Assembly (NCBI RefSeq): GCF_018350175.1
Contig: NC_058368.1
Location: forward strand, 200,386,001 to 200,450,000
Source: Felis catus
Lineage: Eukaryota
Length of the DNA: 64,000 bases
Direction: 5' to 3'
Part shown: positions 13,201 to 23,823 of the stretch, one piece after another
How the letters are laid out: each line of letters starts with the position of its first letter
Numbering within the stretch: position 1 is the stretch's first letter
Position numbers and translations under genes: made by a program
Notes under the pieces: model-generated
What the model was told of the DNA's origin: nothing
Databases searched by the model: none
What the model saw: only the letters and a program-made list of their open reading frames with translations

Positions 13201-14175
13201 TTTGAAGTTCTTGGAATATAAAAGCTAATATGTATCTCAGTGTTTCATAAATTTACTTGTAAATTAAGATACTACTCTTAAAAATTATAAAATATAATGC
13301 AATGAATTTCTTTGTGAAGGTGTATTCTGTAAATAGTTGTTAAAACAATATTTCTGATAGTTTAATTAATCATGAAATAATTAACAAATTATGTCATCTC
13401 CATTAATCTTAATTTCTGCAATTGTCAGAGGCCCAGAAAATCAAATACAATTTTAACTTCTTTATACGTGTGCCAGTGATTGATTGTTTTTGGGGAGAGT
13501 ATTTTCTTAGGAAATCTGATTTGGCTAAAAGAGAATTTTACTGAAACAAATCATATTAAAACGTACAGATAACTTACTATACAAAAGTAGGACATGGTTT
13601 AAGAGGAGTTTCTCATACTGATCTCAGCTTAGTTGGAAAATACGCAAGATCTTAGAATTGGTACTAAGCATTACAATTAATGACACCTACATATGACTTG
13701 GATAAAGAGAGTAATATAAGTAACAGATCAACAAGAGTAAAAGATGATTAAGCAGAAAGTGAGAATATCAAAGCAGCCGTCAAATGGCATGCTAATCCTA
13801 ACTTCTCTCCTCCTGAGAATTTTTCAAACCAAGAAGAGATTCTACACTAAAGACATTATATTTAGGATTGATTTTCATTTAGACCTTGTCAGGACAAAGA
13901 TTTTATATACAGTGCAGTAACAGATTGTGTTTTATCCATAAAATCCTTTTTAACAAAGCACACACACAACACATAAGCTACTTGCAATAATGAAGCTCAT
14001 AGTCTCACTGAACATCCATCAGATTCAAGCTGTTTATCTAGTCCTAAGGATACCCTCTGAACAAAAACAGAATAGAATTCCCTTCACTACCCTCTTAGGA
14101 GCACGTGTCCTTTGTTTTATGACTGACTCAAAGATATATATATGTGTGGAAGTTTAAAGGCACTGGAACAGTAGC

Positions 14176-14214
14176 TTTTATTTTTTATCTTTTTTTTTGA
14201 AGTTTATTTTTCTT

Positions 14215-14259
<45 letters not shown>

Positions 14260-14428
14260 TGTGAATGGGGGAGGGGCAGAGAGAGAGAGGGAGAGAGAGA
14301 ATCCCAAGCAGGCTCCATGCCATCAACACAAGAGCCTGACACAGGGCTCAAACTTGAAACCATGGGATCATGACCTGAGCCAAAATCAAAAGTCAGATGC
14401 TCAACTGACTGAGCCACCCAGACACCCC
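14176..14428 (-). mobile_element. Can-SINE with expanded (GA)n
   Basis: Poly-T, (GA)n, GAATCCCAAGCAGGCTCC, ends CTGAGCCACCCAGACACCCC. Confidence 0.92.
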
Positions 14429-14474
14429 TGGAATAGGACGGTTAAATTGTTCTAAATAAGAAATAAGTACTAGA

Positions 14475-14686
14475 GGGGCACCTGGGTGGCTCAGTAGGTT
14501 GAGTGTCTGACTTCAGCTCAGGTCATGATCTCACAGCTCGTGAGTTTGAGCCCCGCATTGGGCTCTGTGCTGACAGCTCAGAGCCTAGAGCCTGCTTCCG
14601 ATTCTGTCTCCCTCTCTCTCTGCCCCTAACTTGCATTCTGTCTCTGTCTCTCTCAAAAATAAATAACATTAAAAAATTTAAAAAAA
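14475..14686 (+). mobile_element. Can-SINE
   Basis: GGGGCACCTGGGTGGCTCAG head; perfect 17-bp TSD AAGAAATAAGTACTAGA (14458-14474, 14687-14703). Confidence 0.95.
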
Positions 14687-14710
14687 AAGAAATAAGTACT
14701 AGAGTTAGAG

Positions 14711-14913
14711 CAGTTTTTCTCCTTGGAAGCAATTTTGCCCCTTGGGGAACATTTAGCAATGTCTGGAGAAATTTTTGATTGTGACAACTTGGGAGGGTTA
14801 TGCTACTGGAAACTGTTGAGTTGAGGCCAAGACACTGCCCTTATACATACTTCACCCATAGCAAAGTATTATCTGGTCCAACATGCCAATAGTGCAAATG
14901 TTGAGAAATCCTA
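14711..14913 (+). mobile_element. MER20 (hAT-Charlie) DNA transposon
   Basis: CAGT..TTCTC...ATTTTGCCCC..GGGGAACATTTAGCAATGTCTGGAGA...AATAGTGC..GTTGAGAAA matches recalled MER20 consensus. Confidence 0.85.
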
Positions 14914-16374
14914 ATTTATGGGAAGAGGAGAATGTTCAGGAAAACAAACAAACAAACAAACAAACAAAAACCCTCTCTGCCTCCTTTGAGGTCAAATGGA
15001 ACTAGGGAGTAGGGAAATAAGGAGGATTCTTTGGCTAGAGGCAGGTTGAATATAAATGTTACGTGAAATAAGTGTTAATGTGCTAAGAAGTGTGACCCCT
15101 TCTTATGACTTACAAATCTTCAATATAAAGTATAATGTTTTCGTTGTGCTTGATTTCTTTCTGCAATCATACGAAGGACCGAGTTTTACAATTAAGGCTA
15201 GTCAGTCCATGGAGATGTAGGAGAACAAATGCTGTTTTAGTTGATAACTACTTGGTGCATACTGACTCAGTGATGGTTCAGTTATTGAGATATTTTCATG
15301 CCCGTTAATGAGTAATTGTTATCTTGAATCCTTGAGTGAACTTGATACCCCAACTAACCCCTCACAATACCTCTCCCAATCCAGCAAGTAAAGAATAATG
15401 TCTGACACAGTTATAGGCCAGACAATGGCCCACGTCTTTTCTGATGGTTTGTGGTTAAATATTTTGAATGTTACTTTTTTTATGCTCTTAATAAAATCAA
15501 ACCTCAATCTTTCAAAGTTGGCACCAAAAGGACAACTCACATAGAGGGTCGTGTGAAAGGCAGTGAAAACCAGTCACTACTTCGTAAGTTAAGATTTTTT
15601 TTTCTATTAACAAGCTTGGAAGTGTAGTCTTAAATTTATTAATGAAAGTGGCAGGTTTCTGTTGAGAGATTCAGTGTATGAACAATCACTTGTCAGTATG
15701 CTAGTTTTCTAAGTAAAGCTAAGATATTTTAAATAGCATAATATTTATTTGCTTAGTTTAGGCTCCTTGGAGTGAAAACGCTTTGACAAAACTGGCTAAG
15801 TGTCAAAATAATAAACATGTCAAGGAATGGAAATCTCCTTAAAAGCAAAATGAAGATGAGAATAAAAATGTCAGGTTTGGGCTGTACAAGTTATCAAATC
15901 AATTATCTCAAATGCATTTTCATTATCTAAATTTACTTGCTGTTATTTATTTTTAAGAAATTTTTATAGTTGCCATAAAACGTATTGCACAGCACCTTGG
16001 ATTGGTTTGCATTTTTTCTAAAGGAAGAGCTCTGAAATTGTAGTGAATAGTCATAGCAAGACAGAAGTCCAGGGTACAGAAACGATTGTACAATTCTGTT
16101 CAGGAAGACAAAATCAAAATGCAGGGGGAGCAGAAAGTTGGATGGTAATAGATACTGTACTGTGGCATTTGAACAATTTTTTTTCTTAATCTAGTAGAAG
16201 TTATTAATTGTAATAATTTCCATGAGATGTTCTTCCAGATGTATTATATTTTGGAACTAAATGGCATTTCAGTGGAATACCAACCAGCATAACATATGGT
16301 TTTGAAGTGTATCTGTTACAGAGATTGAGAGTAAAAAAAAATGTATCTATCCGATTTGAAGAAATGGATATTTA

Positions 16375-16609
16375 TTTATTTTTTATTTTTTTTAAATTTT
16401 TTTTTTAATGTTTACTTATTTTTGAGACAGAGAGAGACAGAGCATGAACGGGGGAGGGGCAGAGAGAAAGGGAGACACAGAATCCGAAGCAGGCTCCAGG
16501 CTCCGAGCTGTCAGCACAGAGCCCGACGCGGGGCTCGAACCCACGGACTGCGAGATCGTGACCTGAGCCAAAGTCGGCCGCTCAACCGACTGAGCCACCC
16601 AGGTGCCCC
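16375..16609 (-). mobile_element. Can-SINE (relatively young)
   Basis: CpG-rich body; TSD GAAGAAATGGATATTTA (16358-16374, 16613-16629). Confidence 0.95.
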
Positions 16610-16884
16610 AAAGAAGAAATGGATATTTAGATGATGAACTGTCACCATAGAAAATGGCAATGTACTCAAACCACAGAAGAGATCAGATGGCTTTGATGAT
16701 GAACATTTAAATTAAAATAATTTTTAATTGCTTACGCCAATAACAAATAAACTTTACCTTCACCTCACATGTATGCCCAGTTCTATATCCACACCCATTC
16801 AGCTTGCTCTCATAACCACTCTCAAACATATGCCATCATGTTTGTTTTTAGAGAGTCTTAAAACTCCAATATTCATCTACACTG

Positions 16885-18189
16885 AGACATATTATAGTCA
16901 TGTCAAAAATCAAAGACTGAGAATTATTTTAAGCAGCAAGAGAAAAGTGACTCACCAAGTATGAAGAACCACCGTTATTCTATCAGTGGATCTCTCAGCA
17001 GAAACCTGGCAGGTCAAAAGAGAGTGACATGATATAATCAAAGTGCTGAAAGAAAAAAAAAAAGTCTACCAACCAAGAATACTGTATCTGGCAAAACTAT
17101 CCTTCAAAAATGAAAGAAAGCAAAAATGTTCTCAGATAAGCAAAAAATGAGGGAGATTTTCACCACTAGACTTGCCTTACAAGAAATGTTAATAGTAGTC
17201 TTTCAAGATTCTAAACAGGAACACGAAGCTGTATGAAAGTATAAAGGTTGCTGGCAAAGGCAAGACTATAGACAAATACAGAATACCATAATCCTATAAT
17301 GATGTTGCATAAATCACTTTTAATAATCAGATAGAAGTTAAAAGACAAAAGTATAAAAAATATAACTAAAATATGTTCATGGATACACAGTATAAAAAGA
17401 TATAACCTGTGACATCAGTAACATTAAGTGTTGGAGGAGATGAAAAAGTATAGTGTATTTGTATGTGATTGAAATTAAGGTGTTGTCAGCTCAAAAGAGA
17501 TTATTATAACTATACAATGTGTTATATAAATCCTATGGAAAAAAGTGGGTTTTTTTGCCATGTTGTGCCTTTCCTCCTGGAATTGTAAGTGGAACACAAT
17601 ACCAGTACCTGTTTACACTGTGAAGTGGATATTGTTACAGAGAACACACCAGAGGCTTTCTTACTGTTAAGCAAATAATGCCTTGTGAATGTATGATCTG
17701 TGGAGAAAGGCCTGTAGTTTTAGCTGCTGATGCTGTCTGTGTTGTTGGACAATAAATTTTGGATGTTATTATTTTTCTCTTCCCCCCCAAAAAAAGCCTA
17801 TGGTAACTACAAAGAAAATACCTATAAAGATATATGAACAAAATGAGAAAGTAATCAAAGCGTGTTACTAAAAATATCAATGAAACACAAAGGAAGAGAG
17901 CAAAGGAAAAGAGAGACAATAAGTCTATAAGACAGAAAAAAAATGAAGAAAATGGCAATAATAACTTCTTCCCTATCAATAATTACTTCAATGTGAATGG
18001 ATTAAACTCCCCAATCAAAGGACATAGAGTAGCTATATCCAAGTATATGTTGTCTATAACAGACTCACTTTAAATTTTAGAATGTGCATAAGCTGAAAAT
18101 GAAACGATGGACAAAGGTATTCTATGCAAATGGCAACCAAAAAAGATTGGGGTGGCCATACTTATATCAGACAAAATATGCTTTAAAAT
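16885..18189 (+). mobile_element. Old L1: ORF1 3' part, inter-ORF spacer and ORF2 endonuclease start (decayed)
   Basis: TCAGCAGAAACC..GCAGG..CCAAGAATACTGTATCTGGCAAAACTATCCTTCAAAAATGAA (ORF1); TCAATAATTAC..AATGTGAATGGATTAAACTCCCCAATCAAAGGACATAGA (ORF2 start). Confidence 0.85.
17539..17792 (+). pseudogene. Probable 5'-truncated processed retrocopy (mRNA 3' UTR end) inserted in L1
   Basis: Non-L1 sequence interrupting L1; AATAAA at 17751, short A run at 17789-17795, 10/11 TSD AAA(T/G)CCTATGG. Confidence 0.55.
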
Positions 18190-18210
18190 TTTTTTTCAAT
18201 GTTTATTTAT

Positions 18211-18291
<81 letters not shown>
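18190..18291 (-). repeat. Orphan SINE tail with (TA)n(GA)n microsatellite
   Basis: TTTTTTTTCAATGTTTATTTATT followed by (AT)n(AG)n; SINE body absent. Confidence 0.75.
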
Positions 18292-18296
<5 letters not shown>

Positions 18297-18660
18297 ATTC
18301 AGAGTTAAGAATGAAGGAAATTCTGCCATTTGGAACAATATGGATAAACATTGAGTATATTATGCTAAGTGAAAGAAGCTAATCACAAAAGGACAAATAT
18401 TACATATTAATTCCACCTCTATAATGTATTTAAAGTAGTTAAACCCATAGAAAAAGAGTAGAATGGAGGTGGCCAGTGGCTAGGGTGAGAGAGAAATGGG
18501 GAGTTGATGTTCAATGAGTCTAGAGATCAGTTATGCAAAATAAAGTTCTAGAGATCTGTTGTATAACATTGTGCTTATAGTTAACAATACTGTGCTGTAC
18601 ACTTAAAAATTATTAAGAGGGTAGATCTCATGTTACGTGTTTTTTACCACCTTAAAAAAG
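18292..18660 (+). mobile_element. L1 3' UTR (L1MA/L1MB-like)
   Basis: AAGGAAATTCTGCCATTTG...TATGCTAAGTGAAA...GTTAACAATACTGTGCTGTACACTTAAAA..AAGAGGGTAGATCTCATGTTA. Confidence 0.85.
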
Positions 18661-18670
18661 ATGAGAAGGT

Positions 18671-18874
18671 GGGTGCCTGGATGGATCAGTCAGTTAACCA
18701 TCCAACTTCGGCTCAGGTTGAGTTCGAGCCCCGCATCGGGCTCTGTACTGACAGCTTGGAGCCTGGAGTCTGCTTCGGATACTGTGTCTCCCTCTCTCTT
18801 GACCCCTTCCCCACTTGTGATCTATCTATCTGTCTGTCTCTCTCTCAGAAATAAAAAAAAACATCAAAAAAAGT
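18671..18874 (+). mobile_element. Can-SINE with small internal deletion
   Basis: GGGTGCCTGG head, GAGTTCGAGCCCCGCATCGGGCTCTG, A tail. Confidence 0.9.
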
Positions 18875-18875
18875 T

Positions 18876-19071
18876 GGGGGGCACCTGTGTGGTTCTGACT
18901 GTTGCATGTTGGACTTCAGCTCAGGTCATGATCTTGGGGTCTGTGAGTTTGAGCCCCATGTTGGGCTCTGTGCTGACAGGTCAGAGACTGGAGCCTGCTT
19001 CGGATTCTGTGTCTCCCTCTCTCTCTCTGTCTCTCTCGCTCTCAATAATAAATAAACACTAATAAAATTAT
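18876..19071 (+). mobile_element. Can-SINE, tandem with the previous one
   Basis: GGGGGCACCTG head directly after the first SINE tail; AATAAATAAAC tail. Confidence 0.9.
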
Positions 19072-19559
19072 AAAGATGAGGAGGGGAAACACCCCTTTTG
19101 TATGGAAGACAGAAAGCAGAGAAAGTGGGCTATCTGGCCCATGTGGGCGGGGGTTCTGCCATCTTGTTCAATGGTGAACTCCCAGGGTAGTATATTCCAA
19201 TGTAATTCCAAAGTTTGAGCAGTGCTCAATAGCTACATACTTCCTATTATAGTTTATTAATTAATTATGGTTATTAAGTAATGTAGTAAAGTATTTTTTC
19301 AATGTATGCATATTATTATTTTAAATAACATGTTAGGACATAAATAAGTTGTTTAGGTATGAATACTTAATAAATAGAACTGCTTAAAGTATTTCTTTTG
19401 GCCTGGGGATGCTGCAAAAAATTACTAAGAAACTTAAGTGTTCTATGAACCAAGACAGTTTGGGAACTTTTGCCCTAATCTATTGGGTCCACACAGGCAG
19501 GGGCTTTGTCTCTTTTGGCTTTTTCCTCAATACCTAAAAGAGAATTGACATATAGCATC

Positions 19560-21065
19560 AGTACAACATCATTAGGAATAGCCTTGAAAGACAATGGTAA
19601 AGGGAAACCTTCCTGGTGAGAAGAACTTTAGACATTTTTAGTGGTCCACTTAATGTAGAAGAGATGGCCTAAGGTTCAGATTGATACTAACTTATAATGG
19701 CTAATAGATTAGATGGCTGATAAAACAGGATTGAAGCTGAGTAACTAAGTCAGGTTAGAAATATGTAGCTGGATCTCTCAGAGTTGGCAACAGTATGAAG
19801 ATCTAAAATTTTCACCAAATGCCCACCAGAGGCCATTCACTAAGAAGTTCTCATTAAGCAGGTAGACAAGATAATCTATCCTAGGGTTGTTTATCAGCCT
19901 CTTTCCCTTGATTAAAGGCTTATGTAGGAAAGGCCCATGGAGACAGGGATTGGCTCAACAACATGGACTTCCTCTCACCAAGAGTGTTCTGGCTTCTCTT
20001 TCCAGTTGAGTTTTCAATCTGCCAACATCAGAGAGCAATCCTCAGCCCCTAACAGGTCACCATCTACTAGTGGTAGGTAAATTACATTAAGTCCTATCTT
20101 TTGTGGAAGGGTTTAATGATTGACATCTTTTATTGGAACAGTTTTTTTTTTCCTCCATTTTTGGTAGTATTTCTGCCAGAATAGTCATTCAAGGATTTTA
20201 GGAATGCCTTACCTGTCACCATTATATTCCATAAAACATTGCTTCTCATCAGATGATTCATTTTACACAAAGGAAATGCAACAATGGGCTCTCCTACAGA
20301 GTTATCTGGAATTTTCAGTTGGAGCTAGTTTTCATCACTCAAGAGGAGCAGCTCTGAGAGAATGAATAGCCTGCTGATAACTTAGTTGTGGTACCAGCTA
20401 GGAGAAAACACCCTGAGACGGCAAAACGTTTTCATGCTGGATGTGCTTATGCCATAAACTTGTGGTTGATATGTGATGGTAATTGTCTCAAATACTCACT
20501 TTGTTGTTCTGAGGAAGAAAAGATTGGCTGTTTATAATTTCACTAAATTACCCCCTGGAAACCGCTTTGCTTATCTTCTCTGACACTTTGGACTTGTGGT
20601 GTTTAAATATTCTACTACTTGGGGGAGGAATTGTCCTATCAGGGAACATCATAATAGGTCAGATAAATTGGGAGTTGAGGTCTCCCTCTGGCCATTTTGG
20701 CTATGTTTAACCAAAAGATTGGTTCGGAAGGGTGATACTAATCATCAGTAGGGATTAATGGGTTTCAGCTATACAATTGAGATAAGGAGGATCTACTAAG
20801 GCACCCCTTAGAGCTCCCTGGCCTAGTATTCCTGATCAGAGAAAAGTTATAACTCAATAAAACTAAGACCACCCATCAGGGGCTCAGATTCTGGAAAATT
20901 TAAGGTTTGGCTTACTCCAACGTGGGAAGGACACCATCTAGTCAAGAGCATGGCTAAAGCTAAGGAGAGCCTGGAATATGTGCTGAAAAAATAAAAACAA
21001 ACCAAACAATCTATAATTATCAACTTGGACCTCGTGGCCAAGTACAGAAGCAGGGTCTATAGTAG
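19560..21065 (+). mobile_element. Decayed ERV-L internal region (RNase H, integrase, downstream pol)
   Basis: Residual translation AQQHGLPLTKSVLA from 19953, ICQHQR, HYIP*NIASHQMIHFT resembling ERV-L integrase (HGIPHSIASDQGTHFT); many stops and frameshifts. Confidence 0.85.
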
Positions 21066-21235
21066 TAATGTTTTATATGCCTATCTTTCTTTTCATTATT
21101 TGCTGTTTTTTTTTCATTTTCCACTCATTCTTTCATGACTTTATGAAAACACAATAAATAAAATGTGAGCTAGCATTACACTGCCATAATCTGAAAAAAG
21201 AAAAAGAATAGGTTTCACAGAGAAAATGTATGAAT

Positions 21236-21630
21236 TGTACTGGATATTTTCAGTTTTCCCTTCCAGATCTCTACCTTTTGACTCCTTGCTTGTTTCTTTG
21301 GGAGACCAAACTTTATGGACTTCATTATAGGAGTCCCTTGCTTCTGACTTTTGGTTGGGTTAGGTCAGTAAGAGGCACGAGTTTTGCATTGACTGTAGTT
21401 TTATCCCCCTATTTAAGTCCACATATACTGTTGGTTCTTCTTGTTTTGTAATTACTCTTTTTAGATTCCGGTAATCCCCCCCTCTCCTTGTCCATTCAGA
21501 TCTTATGCTCGGGATGGCATTATTCCTTGTTCATTTCCTTATCCTGCCCACAGATTTATAAATGGTTCTTTTATTAAATTCACAATGTTGCTGTTTCAAT
21601 GTGCTTTATCTTTCATGACTGTAAAAACAA
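21236..21630 (+). mobile_element. ERV-L LTR (LTR33-like)
   Basis: Starts TGTACTGGATATTTTC..CCTTCCAGATC; TCCCTTGCTTCTGACTTTTGGTTGGGTT; ATTAAA near end. Confidence 0.75.
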
Positions 21631-21830
21631 ACAAATAAATAAATAAATTTAACAAGCAAACTTAAGTAATAGTCTTTATGCCATATGTTGAGATTCATTT
21701 AGTAAACTCAGTGCTGTGGATAGTTCATCTTACTCCAAAGCCTCTTAACCACTGCAGATGATCTTTAGGCAGTTTGAAAACACTTCTTTTAAAGTCATTA
21801 CCCTGATACTTTTACCTCAGAATAAAGTTT

Positions 21831-22038
21831 TTTTTTTTTAAGTGTATTTATTTATTTTGAGAGAGAGAGAGAGAGAGACAACAGGAGAGGGACTGAGAAA
21901 GAAGAAGAGAGAGAATCCCAAGCAGGCTTCATGCTGTCAGCACAGAGCCCAACACAGGGCTCGATGTCACATACCGTGAGATCATGAGCTGAGTTGAAAC
22001 CAAGGGTCGTTCGGCCGACTGAGCCACCCAGGTGCCCC
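21831..22038 (-). mobile_element. Can-SINE
   Basis: TSD CAGA(A/T)TAAAGTTT (21818-21830, 22039-22051); ends CTGAGCCACCCAGGTGCCCC. Confidence 0.93.
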
Positions 22039-23622
22039 CAGATTAAAGTTTGATTAAACCGTATCATCCTTTGCTTCTAGTTAGTAATCACTTTCTGTGT
22101 TGTCTGCTGTCTCACTCAAGATGGTGCAGTGAAATTTCACCCCATCTCATCAACCCAGCAAATGCCAGTCTATTTGTCTGTTTAAAGCTTAGCTGAAACA
22201 CAAAGATAATTAATAACTCTAAAAGAAATAATGTCTAAGGCACTAATCAGAATAAAATATGGATGAGTTAGGAGTTCATCCTTATTAATTTATAGAATTT
22301 ATATTTGAATTTTGTATCAGTACATATTCTTTAGGATACAAAGTTTACTGATTTTTGTATCTCAGCTAACCCAACAAGCAAAGATAGTTCCTAGAGAATC
22401 ATCAATAATATCACTTCTTATCTACCTACTAATGAATCTATGCACTTTCTAATTATATTAGGTTAGATTGTATTTCCCTTATACACAAAATAATTACTTT
22501 TTCTCTAAACTTGTTCCATATACTCAATTGAAAAAAATTCTTTCATTTTCTTTTTATCCAAAATCCGAGTTTGAGTTTAAGCTGAAACAAATGGCACTGT
22601 GGTTATTGGCAAGAAAAGAAAGAACAGTACAGTGGTGCGTAGCAATAATGAAAACACAAAATACTGAAAAGCATTTCAAGCAGGTGGTGCCACCTGTACC
22701 CGTCTAATTCCCATCCTGACAGTCTGCCACCCACTTGTTAAAAGGATGGAGAACTTGATACTGGTTCAATCTTGGTGGGGAAAAGGTCCTGTGGCTCTAG
22801 CTCAAGTACTAAGTCAGATATGGAAGAGGGGATTATTACTATTAGTGCCAGTGGATGATTTTCTTTCTGTGAAACAACTGTGGGGATCCCCTCAACAAAT
22901 CTAGCTTTGATATTGGCAAGCTATCAAATGTGAGAATGGACACCTGTGGGCCAGGAATTCCCAGCTGTACTTGTTGCCCTGCTGTTCCAGCTGGCTGGCA
23001 TTTCCTTATAAAGAGTATAGAAAAGGGTCTGGATGAGGGGGAGGTAATCCATTAGAGAAGCTCAGCCTGCTCTGAAATCAAGAAATACATTAGGACATCA
23101 TGTTGATGGGTGTTTTCTTTGGGGAACCAATAGAAGAATGAAGCCAAATAGCATCTTTTAGGAAACTCCTAGGATGACTTCTTTTTTTTTTCTTTTCCAA
23201 TGCCATTATGGTAGGGATGCTATGGAAGAAAATAATATGAAGCACATTGAATGAAAAAAATTATTAATCAATTCATGAGTGTTATAGTTTTCATTTTTAT
23301 TTTTCCAAATCCAAACACCATAATCAGGCTATGATAAGCATAGTTCACCTTTGCATCTTTTTATCGGAAATGCTGTCTGTTGTTAAAGATGTTATTCTGC
23401 CAGTCTTGGTGTTGAGATATAAAATTTATCACAACCATTTCTGGCTCTGTTGTGTTTGATCATATATAAATCACTTTACAATGAGTCTTAGATTCCCCAT
23501 CATCTAATACTTCGTGAATCATTAGAGAGGAATTGGGCTAATATAAGAAACCGTGATAGTAACTGTTCCAGTCATGAAAAAACTCAGGTTTCCTTGGTAA
23601 TAATCCTCATTTGAGGGTCTCC

Positions 23623-23823
23623 TTTTTTAAAGAAAATTTTTTTACAGAGAGAGCATGAACAAGGGAGAGGGCCAAAGGGGGAGAGAGAGAGTGAGAGAGA
23701 ATTTTAATCAGGTTCCACGCTTAGAGTGAGCTTGATGTAAGCCTTGATCCCATGACCCTGGGATCATGACCTGAGCCAAAATCAAGAGTTGACATTCAAC
23801 TGACTGAGCCACCCAGGGTCCCC
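23623..23823 (-). mobile_element. Older Can-SINE
   Basis: GATCATGACCTGAGCCAAAATCAAGAGT..CTGAGCCACCCAGG. Confidence 0.88.

Noticed and set aside
14475..14560. tRNA gene-like A/B boxes at SINE heads
   Set aside because: tRNA-derived SINE promoter, continuous with the SINE body and tail; not a tRNA gene.
18107..18382. 91-aa ORF with L1-like residues (GVAILISDKI, KEILPF)
   Set aside because: Chance read-through of decayed L1 ORF2 fragments across a microsatellite.
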